A DNA stretch of 62,983 nucleotides, filler included, from Octopus bimaculoides (GCF_001194135.2; 6 parts of 4 records of this genome joined end to end with filler, not necessarily neighbours in it), one strand, 5' to 3'. Positions 1-13,945 are shown, numbered from the whole stretch's first letter. Numbers and translations are program-made. Notes: generated by a model from the letters alone, not told the origin.

Positions 1-358
1 TATATATATATATATATATATATATATGAAGGTGGATGTGGTTGTAAGGTGCATATGGCGTCACTACGTGAACTTTAGGTAGAGTGTCAGAACCAATTCT
101 GGAAAGTGAAAATGAATGTAGAAGGTGTAGTTTTTTGCGCTGCTCAGATCGCTCTAATAGTAGCTTCTTAATGTAGAGAACAATGATAAATTATTGAGGA
201 TGATTTCTGAAGTGTGCCAAAATTATAGCTGACATAATATATTTAAAGAAGCACAAAGTACATACTTCAAAAAATAAATTATATTGTTTCAATATAACTT
301 TACATCAAAAATGAATTTCATAAGATGCCTTAGACCTATGAAGACCACTTCAACTTAC

Positions 359-406
359 AGTTTCTCTCAGCTGCATGCATGCGAAATATATCAAATGGCA
401 GAAAAA
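359..406 (-). other. candidate 48-nt exon of unknown gene
   Basis: Minus-strand acceptor tctctctctcag and donor act|gtaagt; two open frames (FLPFDIFRMHAAERN or FFCHLIYFACMQLRET); no homology recognised. Confidence 0.2.
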
Positions 407-1407
407 CTGAGAGAGAGAGAAGGGAGTCTTTGAAAGGGTAACAGAGAAAGAATATAAGAGAGAAAGAACGTGTATAAGAGAGATTATAAAATATGTTTCG
501 CTTTAATCTTGTTTCAACGCTTATTATTATGAAAATAAGCAGTTCGATATTGCTATTTTGCTAGGATGGACTTGCATCTTAGAGTACAGTGATTACACGC
601 AACTTATTAGAATACATGCACATGTTAGAGACAAAAACTAAGAGAAGCATAAAAGAAATATTGCTGTCAGTACAACTGGTTGGGTGAATAAGTTGTCAAA
701 ATAAATCAGACATATAATAGTTTAAACAAAGTGAAATATCAGATTGGGTTATGTTTCATACACCAAGTATGATGATTTTTGCAAGGACGATTACTTATCA
801 TCCGTAAAAATAATACACGTAGACACACAGACACGCACTTCGTTTTCTATAAAAGCTTATTTTTGTTTATATGCAATGGAATATGCACGTTTATTTACAG
901 ATACATTTGCAGACATGCTTATGCACGCTAATTTATAAGGCATGCATTTTTATGATTGTCATAGTTTATTTGTTTCTAGATGCGTTGTTTTCCTTCTCTA
1001 AATCTCTCCATTTTTTTTGTATTTATAATACAAATAAATATAATACACTTGTTAGCATATGGCTGTGAATTCGTGTATTGCTCACTTTAAAATAGGAATC
1101 CATACGCATTTGTATATTAAATCACATCATTTATAGCAACATGCTATTTTGATAATGTGCCAAAAATGAAACATTTAACGTTTCAAAGCTTCTAAGCTTA
1201 TTACTTGAGGCAATAAAGATATCGTTCCAAGGTTTAGTTGTAATAGAAGAAAAGAAACCATGTAAATTTAGTATATATTACACACCTCTCGACAATAATA
1301 TTTTTACTCGTGTGATAGCTTCGTTTAGAAATTGGAAAGAATTACATATGTATTCATGAGATTTAATTTGACTGTTTTCAAATAGTTTCTGACAAAATCA
1401 TTCGCAG

Positions 1408-1437
1408 ATAAAGATGATAAATATATGAACGTCGAAG
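1408..1437 (+). other. candidate symmetric phase-1 micro-exon (x)KDDKYMNVE(x)
   Basis: tcattcgcag|...gaag|gtaagt; 30 nt; only the phase-1 frame is open. Confidence 0.3.
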
Positions 1438-1790
1438 GTAAGTGATAATTTTATCAAAATATAAGCAAGGAATGGTGATGTGGTAAGATCTAAAGCACTA
1501 CAGAGTTAGCACAGAATGGAAATGGAATATTAACGAATTAACTTCCTTCATTAACAAATTTTGATTTTTTTTTCTTTTATCAATTGTTTCATTCATTGGA
1601 CTGTAGTGAAGTTAAGATGCCACCTTTAAAGGTATAGTTGAATAAATTAACCCTGTACTTATTTTTCTGAAGTCTGATACTGAGGCTATTGATCCCATTT
1701 GCCACACCACTAGGTAACAAGAACGGAAACAAGCCAGTATTGGCTGTCAAGTAAAAGGCTAAAACATACACGAAGACACACACAGAGACA

Positions 1791-1974
<184 letters not shown>

Positions 1975-1976
1975 TA

Positions 1977-2869
1977 AGTGGTCTGATCAAGAAGTATCTG
2001 GACTGTTGCCATAGTAACAAAGCTAAAGCACGCAGAGTGAAGCCGCTTGCAACAGATTGTCCTTGAACACTGTTGAGCATGCACGCTAAGTTTTAATGTT
2101 CTAGCTCACTTCCGCTGTTTATAGCAGGACTTATAAAGAAGGTGTGTAGCCTGTGATCGTCTCATTGACCATGACAGAGAGGGTTGAGTAGAGAATCTGC
2201 ATCAAATTTTACCAAAAGCTTGGCGATACCTGCTCAGAGGCCTACGCAAAGTTTTTAAAAGTTTTTCATCGTTCTTAACACGATGGAGATCTTCTGAAAC
2301 AGAAACCCAAGTGTCTTTTTGGTCAGCTGAAAGCGGTTTTGGGACAAACTTGGATGACACGCATCTCATACCTAAATCTTCAGTGATAAGGTACTGAACT
2401 GAACAACGACTAATCTGCACATCCTCTGGTAACTCACGGGTGGTGATTCGACGATTTACTCTCACAGCTGCGCTCACATTTGCGATGTTTTTCTCAGTTC
2501 CGCTGGTTGCGGGTCTCCCTGAACGTTTGTCAATATCGACATTTTTTCGGCCATCTTGGAAATATCTGAACGACTCGTACATTCGTGTGTCTTATACTCT
2601 CTTCTCCATGAAGTTTCTGCAAGTCTGCGTAGGCCTCTGAGCTGGTATCGCCATGAGAATTTTCTCTGTAATGGTCAATGCGATGATCACACGTACACAC
2701 CTTATTTCTAAAAACTGTTGTATACAGCGCAGTGAGCTACAACATTAAAACTTAGTGCACATGCCGAGCAGAGCAGAGTTCAAGGTCAATCTTTGCCAAG
2801 TGGTTTCACTCTGTACGCTTTAGCTCCGTTACGATTGCAACGGTGCGGATATTTATTGATCAGGCCGCG
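1977..2869 (-). mobile_element. non-autonomous mariner with inverted duplication of its 5' end (foldback)
   Basis: TA-flanked; 1977-2248 and 2626-2869 are reverse-complement homologues, each with TIR, 5' UTR and transposase start; the minus strand between them encodes the mariner HTH/linker. Confidence 0.85.
2253..2582 (-). pseudogene. mariner transposase N-terminal remnant (HTH, linker)
   Basis: YESFRYFQDGRKNVDIDKRSGRP...RRITTREL...LGMRCVSSKFVPK; breaks at NDEKLLKT, just before the TGDETW catalytic motif. Confidence 0.85.
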
Positions 2870-2999
2870 TACATATATACATATACAAATACACACATAT
2901 ATATCACGTGATTATGTGACCAGCCAGGCTATAAAATGTTGTTACACATCGCTGGTCAGAACAATGCGTTTCTGCATTGTGTTAGCCTTCAAATAACGC

Positions 3000-3115
3000 C
3001 TCCCCACTGGCTAGGCGCGCAGGCCAATATTCTCTACACCTCTGATCGAAAGGGGGACTGATGCAACGTGAAATGAAGTATTTTCTTAAGAACACAACAC
3101 GCCGCCGACTGCGTA
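3000..3115 (-). mobile_element. SINE fragment (same family as 54190-54370)
   Basis: gcaacgtgaaatgaagtattttcttaagaacacaac nearly identical to 54320-54360 and partly to 54587-54600. Confidence 0.6.
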
Positions 3116-3764
3116 CATATGTATATATATATATATATATATNNNNNNNNNNNNNNNNNNNNNNNNNNNNNNNNNNNNNNNNNNNNNNNNNNNNNNNNNN
3201 NNNNNNNNNNNNNNNNNNNNNNNNNNNNNNNNNNNNNNNNNNNNNNNNNNNNNNNNNNNNNNNNNNNNNNNNNNNNNNNNNNNNNNNNNNNNNNNNNNNN
3301 NNNNNNNNNNNNNNNNNNNNNNNNNNNNNNNNNNNNNNNNNNNNNNNNNNNNNNNNNNNNNNNNNNNNNNNNNNNNNNNNNNNNNNNNNNNNNNNNNNNN
3401 NNNNNNNNNNNNNNNNNNNNNNNNNNNNNNNNNNNNNNNNNNNNNNNNNNNNNNNNNNNNNNNNNNNNNNNNNNNNNNNNNNNNNNNNNNNNNNNNNNNN
3501 NNNNNNNNNNNNNNNNNNNNNNNNNNNNNNNNNNNNNNNNNNNNNNNNNNNNNNNNNNNNNNNNNNNNNNNNNNNNNNNNNNNNNNNNNNNNNNNNNNNN
3601 NNNNNNNNNNNNNNNNNNNNNNNNNNNNNNNNNNNNNNNNNNNNATATAATTATATATACATATATCAATATTTGCCTCGAAGAAATGTTCCATATCCTT
3701 ACCGCCAAATCTAATTTCTTTAACAGCGGAAACGAATTAAGGACAAAATGTTCAAATATATAAA

Positions 3765-4414
3765 CAGGGGTTGGACAAAATAATGAAATACCTTAAAATT
3801 TCAAACAAATTTATTTCAATATGGAGTAGGAGTGCATTTGGCAATAATTACAGTTTGAATTCTACGAGGTATGGACTCGTACAAAGTTTTAATTGTTTCC
3901 AAAGGAATATCTGTCCATTCTTCAGCTAAAACAGTCTCCAGTTCTTGTAGTGATGATGGCGTAGGATATCGATTCCTTACTTGTTTTTCTCAAACGCACC
4001 ATAAATGTTCGATAATATTGAAATCTGGGGACTATGATGGCCAGATAGGTGTTCAACTTCACTAGAATGCTCATGGTGCCATTCAGTTACAACTTTAGCT
4101 GTGTAAATTAGTGCATTATCACCCTGAAAGATTGCGTTTCCCTCCGAAAACAGTTGTGCAACCATAGGATGAATTCGATCAAATAAAATGCTTACATAGT
4201 CTTGACTAATTCTGCCATGAAGGGAAACCATTGGGCTGGTTGCTTTCCAAGATATAGCCCCGCAGATCATCACAGATCCTCCTCAGTTTTTAACAGTTGG
4301 AAGAAGACATTCTAGGTCAAATGCTTCTTTTGGCTGTCTCCACACGTATACTCGGCCAGTGGTCGGAAGTAAGGATGACTCGTCCGAGAAAATAACATTC
4401 TTCCACTGCTCTAG
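3765..4414 (-). mobile_element. Tc1 transposon, 3' half with degenerate DDE transposase
   Basis: WKNVIFSDES, GGSVMICGAISW, FQGDNA, SPDFNIIEHLW, ending IPRRIQTVI; TIR-like caggggttggacaaaataat at 3765; 5' side cut by a SINE. Confidence 0.9.
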
Positions 4415-4569
4415 GGACGTGGGTTCGATTTGCTCGAGTAAAAGGTGGCGCTTCAGCATGGCCGCAGTCAAATGACTGAAACAAATGGAAGTATAGAAAA
4501 AAGAATACGCACACACATACACACACATATATACATATATATATATGTGTGTGTGTGTGTATATATGCA

Positions 4570-4670
4570 TCCGATGGAGTGCTGAAAAGTTCTTGGCTTT
4601 AAAGGCATCGCGAAAGGCCTGGCTGATGGCCCAACTTCCCGTGTTCGTTTATAGGGCTTAGACGTTCACC
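4570..4670. mobile_element. mariner-like terminal fragment
   Basis: gatggagtgctgaaaagttcttggcttta resembles a mariner TIR. Confidence 0.35.
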
Positions 4671-5355
4671 GCATCTTGTCGAATTTACAACAATAACATA
4701 CATACAAATATTTGGCTTATTTAAATACACAATAGTATGGAAACGCACTTCCTTTCACAGACACATTCACGCACGCACAAACACATATACACGCGCGCGC
4801 ATGTACATACACACACATTCACATACATATTTATATACACGTTCAAATACAAAGGTATATATAATATATACACACGTATTTATCTCTATATATACATACA
4901 TACACACAAACATTACTCTTACTTGTTTCAGTCGTTGAACTGCGGCTATGCTGGAGCAATTCCTTGCAAAGTTAGTGGAACATGTATTCTTAGTACTTAT
5001 TTTAAGCCTACTACTTGTTCTACTAACTTTTTTCGACAAACCTTAAGTTAGGGGCACGAAAACAAACCAACACCAGTTGCCATGCAGTAGGAATACAAGC
5101 ACAAAGCCAACATATACATACATATAGTGACAATTTACAAAAAAAAAAAGATGAAGATGGGTGTGAAACAACAAACAGATGTATTAGCTTAACTCTTGGG
5201 AAGTGAGAAAGTCTTTTACGTTTCGAGCGTACGCTCTTCGGCAGAAACGAACACAGAAATAAACAGGGAGAGAAAATAGAAAAAGATTTAGTTGCTACCG
5301 ATCTATCATGTTTACACGCACACACAAATATATATATACACACACACACATACGT

Positions 5356-5405
<50 letters not shown>

Positions 5406-5809
5406 GCATTATGTATGCATGTATGTATGTGTGTGTATGTATGCATACATACAAGCATACAATGAAATTGCACAAACTTTCCGTCTTCTTAATTCCCTCA
5501 AAATTTATTTATCGGTGCAGGGCTATAGAAGTCACTTGCGTAAGGTGTAGCGCAGTGAGATTGAATCGAATCCATATGATTGCGACGCATACTAGTTAAA
5601 ATAGCCATATCTGCGTCTACATATCTATACACGGTGAGAAGTTAGCAAAATCGGTATATTCATCCTTTTGGATAATGAATAACATTTCTTTTTTTCTAGA
5701 AATATAAGCAATTTTTTTTTTGGGATAAATGTAAAGAAGGTCTCTGTAGAGAAGTCCGCGACTGTATTCAATCACTTAAATTAAATAGTTAGATAAGCAC
5801 ATGGCCTAA

Positions 5810-6000
5810 AATGTTGGTGGGAGGGGCTAGTCGATTACATTGATCCTTACTCTCGATTGGTACTTTATTTTATAGTACAGGAAAGGATGAAAGGTAGAGT
5901 CGATGTCGACGGAATTTGAACGTTGAACGTAAAACCGGAAAAATGCCGCGTGGAATTTTGGCTAGCGTGTAAAACCATCCTGCCACTTCACTGCCCGCTA
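5810..6000 (-). mobile_element. SINE family 1 copy (degenerate)
   Basis: ggaaaggatgaaaggtagagtcg...ggaatttgaacg core shared with about 20 copies in the window. Confidence 0.7.
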
Positions 6001-6455
6001 ATAGCTAAATAACATGAAGATTTCTAATGTGGAGGGTCGGTTGTAACTGGAGTCGACAAATACAGGGTGCGAAAATATTATGATAAATTCCAGTAGTTTT
6101 TTTTCAATTCAAAGATATTCACATTTCGAGTTTAGTTTTCTTTAATTTTATCAAATCGTGTTTCAATTCAATATAAAAAATAGAAATATCTATGAATCGG
6201 TTACATGGAGATAATGAGCAACTACTAAATTACAAATTCTTAGAATTATATGTAATGCATCTGTGTCAGCAAATTACATTTGCCAGGAAGAAGGAGGCAA
6301 CTCTGCCTATCAAAATCAAGCATTAAAAAATTACTATGTAGACGCACAGACACACACACATATACATATAAATGTGTGTGCGTACGTATATATGTATATA
6401 TGCTATATATATATATATATATATATATAAGTCAGTAAATAGTGGGGTTGTGTTT

Positions 6456-6490
<35 letters not shown>

Positions 6491-8229
6491 TTAGATGCAT
6501 GGATATGTAACTATATATATCACCAATTGCATATGAGTATCTAAGGAACAATCTTTCCATGCTGCACAGCAACTATGTTTTAATATAATAATAGAATGAA
6601 AACAATCCAAAATTAAATATGTATCAAAGTTCGAAGAACATTATATTTAATCGCAACTAAGATTCGTCGAATTTATAAAGAATATCATCGTCTATTCAAC
6701 ATTGAATATAAGTAATCAGTAAATAGGTGGAACCATCATTGCTGAAAACTATACGCTTCCTTCGTTCGGATCAGAAGTATAACCTCTATACGCAGAGGAA
6801 TTACGTCTTCAGAAAACAGGTATGTAAGCCGTATGTACTATCTTAGTGTAACTGCTTTACTCTGTGCACTAACTGAAACACTGTTTGATAAACAAATACA
6901 AAAGAAAACAGACTTCAAGACAATGTACTTTAACGTACATTAAGTCAAAATAGTAATATCGCTAAAACGAGAAGTATTCTGTAGCTAACGTATGTTTCAG
7001 TGGTCAATGAAAATTCACTTGGATGAATGAACAGATAAAAGTCTAAAGTTCTTTGGCTCTCTACAACTGATTTGGGATGACATGTAACAGACAAAAATCA
7101 GTGACCTCTAAAAGATAACCCGTTCAAAAGAAAGCTTCTTTCTCAACTAGAATACGATATAATAAATGGACTAGCAGTAAATTACATGAATGTAGCAAGC
7201 CAAGAAACATAAAACAGTATCCTAGACATTTAAGTGCCTTTTACACAAAATAGAAAATTAATCAGTTGACAAAAAATATAAACTACACAAAGCCAAAGCC
7301 GAAGATATTATCTACATCACATCCAGCTGTAGATTAATATTCCCTTGATAGTACATTCCGAGGAGGCCTGAGGCAGTAACCAGAGCAATCTGAGATAATG
7401 TGTGAAAAATAATAATAAAGATGAACATATGAAGTTTGATGGATCAAAAGAGTACCGGCGAAATTGAAGAATAAAACATCAACCAAATTAAAATGCAGTC
7501 GACCTGACATAGATGAATGGGGCTGCAAAATGTATGTATGCTTTGTTGTGGATGTCAGTTACTTATTTAGTATCGATGTAGTAAGAAATATATAGATAAA
7601 ATCTAACATTTGATGAGGTGGTTCTCAAACAAACTTTCAAATTTACACCCGCCCCTTTTGGAGCGACATATATGTACCAGTCCAACTGGATCAAAATTTG
7701 GTAAAAAATCAGTTGATGGAGGAAGACTGTAATTCAATAATTCATACATTACTGGTTATAACGATATCTGAAACAATGTAAATTGCGAAGATCTTAAAAT
7801 CTAAAAGGTCAATGGTTGTGCGAATATCAGCGGAGGAAAGACCATTTACTTTTTATTAAAAAATATTTTCTTTGCCATCATATCACCATGCAGGTGGCTG
7901 GCGCAAATAAACTCTAACTCGTGCGAGAAGCTATACTTGCATACATGCATTATATATATGCAAACGCATTTACATCATATACCCGTGCATTACATTGGAC
8001 ACAATAATGAAATAGAGATAGAGAGATAGTGCGCGTATGTGTGTGCATTTGTGTGTGCGGGCGTAAGAAAGATACTTCTCTTAATTTAGAGGCACCGAGA
8101 ATGAATGTAATGAACAAATAGAGTAATTGATTGAGTGACAGAAATTTTATCATGCCAACTAACATACTGATGCGGTTAAAATCTCGTTTCACGACAGTTT
8201 TGGATTTCATTACGAAATGCAGCACTTAC

Positions 8230-8302
8230 CAGCAGTTCACCGAGTTTCTCGATATATAGTGCTTGAACAATGACACAGTGGGAGTCAAGGCAGATTCGGA
8301 TG
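8230..8302 (-). other. candidate 73-nt coding exon, WD40-like (x)IRICLDSHCVIVQALYIEKLGELL
   Basis: ttttatattcag| acceptor, ctg|gtaagt donor, open frame; pattern resembles the H-x-x-x-V-x-A-L...G-x-L-L start of a WD40 blade (by eye). Confidence 0.3.
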
Positions 8303-8559
8303 CTGAATATAAAATGTCTTTTATGGTTTTCACTATAATAATACTTCATATTGCTTCTCAGTTTTGTCTACACACAATAAAATGTATGAAGTTTCGTATG
8401 GTTTCATTTTATTATTATATTCTGTTACTTTACATTTTATGTAACGATAAATCATACATTGATTCTGGAAATTCCTGATTGTCATTCTTCCATCATTTGG
8501 CTATTGGATAGCGACCATGGCGAAAGATTATACCAAAAAAATTTTCTTCATTTCTTTAT

Positions 8560-9094
8560 TGAATGTTTTTTTTTTTTTTTGCCTAATATCAATTTTCAGT
8601 TAAATGGATGGAGTCGTGATGGTGCTTCATGCTTCTTAAACTTGAACACGGCACAGATAAAGGGAGTGAAACCATCAAACACCTGTCTATATTTTAATAT
8701 CAAATTGGTCCAACTAGTTGTGACTGTATGATATACTTGGTATTCTAATCATGTATAGTATAATTAGATTTTTTTGTATAGAAGAGACACCTTCACCAGC
8801 ATACAAAATTGCACGTGATTCAAAATTCTAGTGTTTTAACCACTTGTGTTTGATCAAGGCTTCTTGATACTGCCTAAGAATACCAATATTTCTTTCTATC
8901 AATGAGGAGAGTTCTGTGAAATCTTCCAAGCTGTTAAAACTATACGAAACATTTTCCTCCAATTGCACTCCATTCTCTTTTAAAATGAAGTGCCAACTGA
9001 TTAATGCCGTCCGGGAAAAACACATTGCGATTATCACAGCTGGAAATACTTCGATATGGGATTGTTGGTTGAATGCCAACCCGAAGTCAAACAT
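8560..9094 (-). mobile_element. probable ancient MULE/Mutator transposase relic
   Basis: MFDFGLAFNQQSHIEVFPAVIIAMCFSRTALISW resembles MULE xDFExAxxxAxxxVFPxxxxxxCxFHxxxxW; heavily decayed. Confidence 0.35.
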
Positions 9095-9462
9095 GGACTT
9101 TTACTATAATTAACAAAACTTGAAGTGTTACAACACAGCTGAATACTCCTTAGAGGTACACGTAGTACTGCGTATGCATCTTTTATCGTTGTAAATTTGA
9201 AGCGAATTTAATGTAAATTATGATACAGAAAAAATGATAATTCAAGAAAACTAAATATCTGTATCAGCAGCAATTATTCAATAGGAAGGATCATAGGAAT
9301 ATGTACTGTAAGAAGCAAATAAAATAACGTTTTCTCGCTAAAGTTTCCGTCATATACATACATATGTATTTGTCTGCAAAGCGAGCGACGAAACATTATA
9401 AATATAAATTTGACCTTGAAATATTTATCACAATATTGTTTATATTGTTTATATACTTCTTT

Positions 9463-9793
9463 TACTCTTTTACTTGTTTTAGTCATTTGACTGCGGCCAT
9501 GCTAGAGCACCGCCTTTAGTCGAGCAAATCGACCCCAGGACTTATTCTTTGGAAGCCTAGTACTTATTCTATCGGTCTTTTTTGCAGAACCGCTAAGTTA
9601 CGGGCACGTAAACACACCAGCATCGGTTATCAAGCGATGTTGGTGGGGGGACAAACACAGACACAAACATATACACACATATACATATATATATATATAC
9701 ATATATATATACATATATACAACTGGCTTCTTTCAGTTTCCGTCTACCAAATCCACTCACAAGGCTTTTGTTCTACTTACCACACAGCCACTC
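9463..9793 (-). mobile_element. SINE family 2 copy with internal (TA)n, head partly deleted
   Basis: Collinear with the full copy at 21905-22308. Confidence 0.85.
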
Positions 9794-11139
9794 AGAGAGA
9801 GAGAAAGAAAGAGTGAGACACAAATCTTTTGTTCTAAAGAACAACAGCAGTGACTGTGTAAGGTGAACAAGAGAAGGTATAAAGGAAGATAGAGTATTGT
9901 TATAATCAAGTATAAGCGAAATAATGAATTAAGCATCTCTACTATTTTATACTATTGTATTTCAAAATAAATTGATCTGGTGTAATGGTCTACGCATGTG
10001 TCATTCATTGATATTTTCCGGTTTTACAAACACCAAAATTTTGAACTTAATGGGTATCTTAGTATTATGGCCTTCTTGGAGATGAGAGGTTAAGCAGGTC
10101 CTTGGGGAAGGAGAACAACTTTAGCAATATGAAAATGATAGATGAATGAGTGCAATTTGTCTGAAGAGAGGTAACACTCAAGCTAGGTTGACTGTAGTAG
10201 TAGCAGGATATGCAAAAATATTCCATTTGTCAGGTAATTTATTCATATAAGCGAAACGTTAAACTAAAACTATAAATTTTCATAAGATTTAATATTCGTA
10301 AACGTAATATCAATATATAAAAACTCTTTAAATCACCAAATACGTATCTTTGTATGTTTCACAAATCGGTGCATGAATAATGTAAGAGCAATTAAAGATA
10401 GATAGATAGATAGATAGATGTGTTAACTATACTTAAAAATGCGTCATATTTGTGTGTGTGTGTAGACTACGAATATTGTTAGAAATACAAATGTTTTTCT
10501 AAAAAAAAATCTGGTCATCTCATCTATAAATGCGAATATCTTCCTGTACTAGTTGCCCGATAATTGTTTCATATTCTGTATAACACGTCAAATGATTCAG
10601 TTCGGAGTAAATTCTATTCAGATAATCAAATAACGTTTCAAAAACATATTCTTTGAGATGGAGTCTTAACACATTAATACCAGTAATTCAATTTTTGTCG
10701 TTAGAATCATGTACGGAAGTTTTCATAGCATTCATTAAAAGCTAAAAGCAAATAAAAAATATCTTTGTTGAAGTACACAGAAATATCTTATTTTTAGTCA
10801 GTATTTCGAAAAGCGTGTTACCTATTCACTTGGCTACGTATTGAGATATCGAATTAGATGCTCAAAGTTTGAGATTTAATGTCATTGGAAGATTTGCAGT
10901 CATTCCCTGAAATATTATCTGTTTCGTCTTACAACTATAATTTTTATATAGTAAAACATTTTAAAGATATTGATAGCATAGTAGTGGGAGCTTAATAGTT
11001 TCTTTAAAACATTTGATTTATTAAAAGAAAATCGTTGTTCTTATAAGGATGATGGTGATGAATATGACTAGCGAGATAATATTGATGATTCTTCCTAATC
11101 TTGACACAAGGCCGACAAGTTTTAAAGGCAGTGAGTATG

Positions 11140-11960
11140 TCGTTTACCTTCACTCTGCCCCCACTTCCAGTACTCAACGGGTACTTGCGTCTAACGACCA
11201 CGAAACGATGAAAGGCAAGCAAAGTTGATCTCAGCGGTATTCAAACTTAGAACCTAAAGAGACGGAAGAAATGCTGCTAAGCATTTTGTCCGACGCGCTA
11301 ACGATTCTGTCAATTCGCCGCCTTACACATGATAATACTAATGGTTTCCAATTTAGGTAGAAGGTCAAATTATTTCAGAGAAGGGGGTTAGTCGATTACA
11401 TCGATGTCAGTGTTCAAATATTACTTAATTTATCGACCTCGAAAGGATGAAAGGCAAAGTCGGCTGCTGAGGAATTTGAACTCAGAATATAAAGACGGAC
11501 AAAATGCTGCTAAGCATTTTGATCGATGTGCTAACGGTTATGCCAGCTCACCGCCTTACTCATTATAACGACAATGGTTCCTAATTTAAGCTCAGGACGA
11601 ACAATTTTGAGGGAAGGGATATGTCGATATCAGAGCCACGCGGATACCATATAGTTGATTGGATTTGAAATTAAAATGTACAAGAGCAGTAATAAATTAC
11701 TGTAAGGTATCTTGTTCAGCGCTCTTATTATTCTGACAACCCAACTGTAACAAACATAATGATAATTCTTATTCTCATAGAAGGCCAGCTATTTTAAGGA
11801 GACGGTGCAAGTCAATAACATAGATTTCAATAACTTAGTTATCGAACCATCAAGTACGATAAGCAAAGTTGCCCTTGGTGGAATTTGGCCTCATACTGTA
11901 GAGATTCTGGGGAAATACAGCTAAGCTCTTTGTCCAACATGTTAACGATTCTGGTAGATC
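11140..11960 (-). mobile_element. cluster of tandem SINE family 1 copies of decreasing conservation
   Basis: Repeated gaaaggatgaaaggcaaagtc...gaatttgaactcag...gctaagcattt...gctaacg units. Confidence 0.75.
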
Positions 11961-12004
11961 ACTTCATTAATAAAAATTATGATAATGCTTTCATTATTAA
12001 TCAG

Positions 12005-12935
12005 TAAGTGTATCCAAAATGATCGAACAATGTACAGAACGACACAACGCAATAAAATGTACAGATGGGAGAGAGATTGGACAAGTTGATATCAAGAGAG
12101 CGATCTTTCCAGGAGATTCGGTTATACCCTAACTATTTATTGTTTGTATATTACTGTTCTCCATCGTTCTGAAAAAATGGGAGCTTGTTACGAAATATAG
12201 AAAAACATGAGACCAATCAATCATCTGATATTTATGGATGATTTAAAGTTTTACAGAGCTAGCAATGGTCAAATGCATTTCCTTATTCAGCGTGCACGAA
12301 TCTTTTCTCAAGACATCCAGATGGCATTATGATATTGAACTAAGAAAAGGATACAAAGAAGACAGCAGTGGAGAACAACTTCCAGATGATGAATGAATAA
12401 GAGAATGAACGAAGAGCGTTACAAGTATCTGGTGTTTTGTAACTAATTCAAATGCTGAACACCAAGATGGAGAAGAAAATTGCTTCTGAATATACTAGAA
12501 GAATTTAAAAGTTACATAGGTCTAGACTAAATGAAGGGAACCTGATTAGATAATAACCCACCAGACATCACTCTTCCACGGAAGGAGTCCAGGGAATGGA
12601 CATGCATTGGTGTATCAGTATCTGCAGACAAAAATATTGCTGAGACAGAAGAGAAAGTTGAAAAGTACTAAAATTTAGGATCGGTAGTGTAAAGAAACCA
12701 GAGAGCTTCAAAATTGCGTGTGGTACCTATTGTGATCGGTGTACTTGGACCCATCTCAAAACGTGCACTATTCTGGCATCAAAAGCAGCAAATACCAAAC
12801 TTTTTATGAAGTATTCAGATGGCAGTAATACTTAGCAGAGTTCGTGTTTTGAGGAAAGTGTTGCGTCTCTAAGCTGCGGGATGGAACTGCGATGTGACAA
12901 AGACATAGATGACACCAGTTAAGTGAATAAAAATA
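12005..12935 (+). mobile_element. R4/Dong-type (RLE) LINE fragment, internally deleted
   Basis: RT motifs KRAIFPGDS and INHLIFMDDLKFY, YKYL, then a jump to the RLE region (PDITL, VVPIVIGVLG). Confidence 0.8.
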
Positions 12936-13019
12936 TTACTACCACTACTACTACTAAGAAGACGACGAAGAAGAAGAAGGAGACGAAGAAGAAGAAGAAG
13001 ATGAAGAAGAGTTTCAAAT

Positions 13020-13186
13020 TTTTGCACAAGGCCAGCAAGTTTGGGTAAGTCTATTACATGGACTCCAGCGCTCAACTGGTACTTATTTTATCGACTCCGA
13101 AAGAATGAAAGGCAAAGTCAACGTCGGCGGAATTTGAAATCAAAACGTAAAGACTGGCGCGCTAACAGTTATGCCAGTTCGCTTCC

Positions 13187-13190
<4 letters not shown>
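13020..13190 (-). mobile_element. SINE family 1 copy
   Basis: Family core motif. Confidence 0.8.
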
Positions 13191-13242
<52 letters not shown>

Positions 13243-13264
13243 GTAAAGTTACTTACTTACTGAC

Positions 13265-13945
13265 CCATCATGCTTGCTTGATTCCAGGATCGCAAGGAAA
13301 GAAGAAGAAAAACAAAAAAATAAAATCCCTTGAAATTTAAAATAGGAAGAATTTGGAGTATGCGAACAGTAAAAGTCGTGCCTATAATACTTGGTGCATT
13401 TGGGAACAGTAAGCAAAGATATAGGCAAATGACTGAAAGAGATTAAAATAAAATGCCCGGTAGATCTCCCACAGAAAGTCGACCACAAACCTAAAGGCAT
13501 CGTCGAAAATGGAAATGCAAAGATCCTAGGGATTTTATGATTCAGTGCGACCATGAGATGGAGATTAGGAAACTGGACATAGTCTTAATTGAGAACGAAA
13601 ACAAACTATGCTGGATCATAGATATAGCATGCCCAGCTGACAACGAGGTGAGCAATAAGGAAGAAAGAAAGGTCGAGAGATATGACAGGTTAGCTTGGGA
13701 AGTTAAGATGCTGTGGTCGATGAAAAAGTAGCAGTAGTAACAATAATTGGCGGAGCAAAAATCTCGGGAAGTACATGGAACAAATAGGGGCTGCAATAAG
13801 GGTGGAGCACTTGCAGAAAACAGCACTGCTTGGAACCGCGCGAATACTCCGGAAGGTGCTCGAAAAATAAGATGTGTTACTTTAGTTCACTGGTAGTGGA
13901 CAGCTAACACTGTAATACATCTCCAGCGTTAGAAGCTTTGCAAAG
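13265..13945 (+). mobile_element. two joined R4/Dong LINE 3' fragments (RLE domain)
   Basis: RKLDIVLIENENKLCWIIDIACPADNEVSNKEERKVERYDRLAWEV; QKTALLGTARILRKVL; (AAT)n on both sides. Confidence 0.85.

Noticed and set aside
3034-3763. Long ORFs crossing N gaps (also near 22.9, 24.2, 26.3, 45.7 and 61.4 kb)
   Set aside because: Length comes from X residues; no information
6727-6819. Open frame VEPSLLKTIRFLRSDQKYNLYTQRNYVFRKQ ending in cag|gtatgt
   Set aside because: Purine-rich acceptor, no recognisable homology, phase does not fit neighbouring candidates
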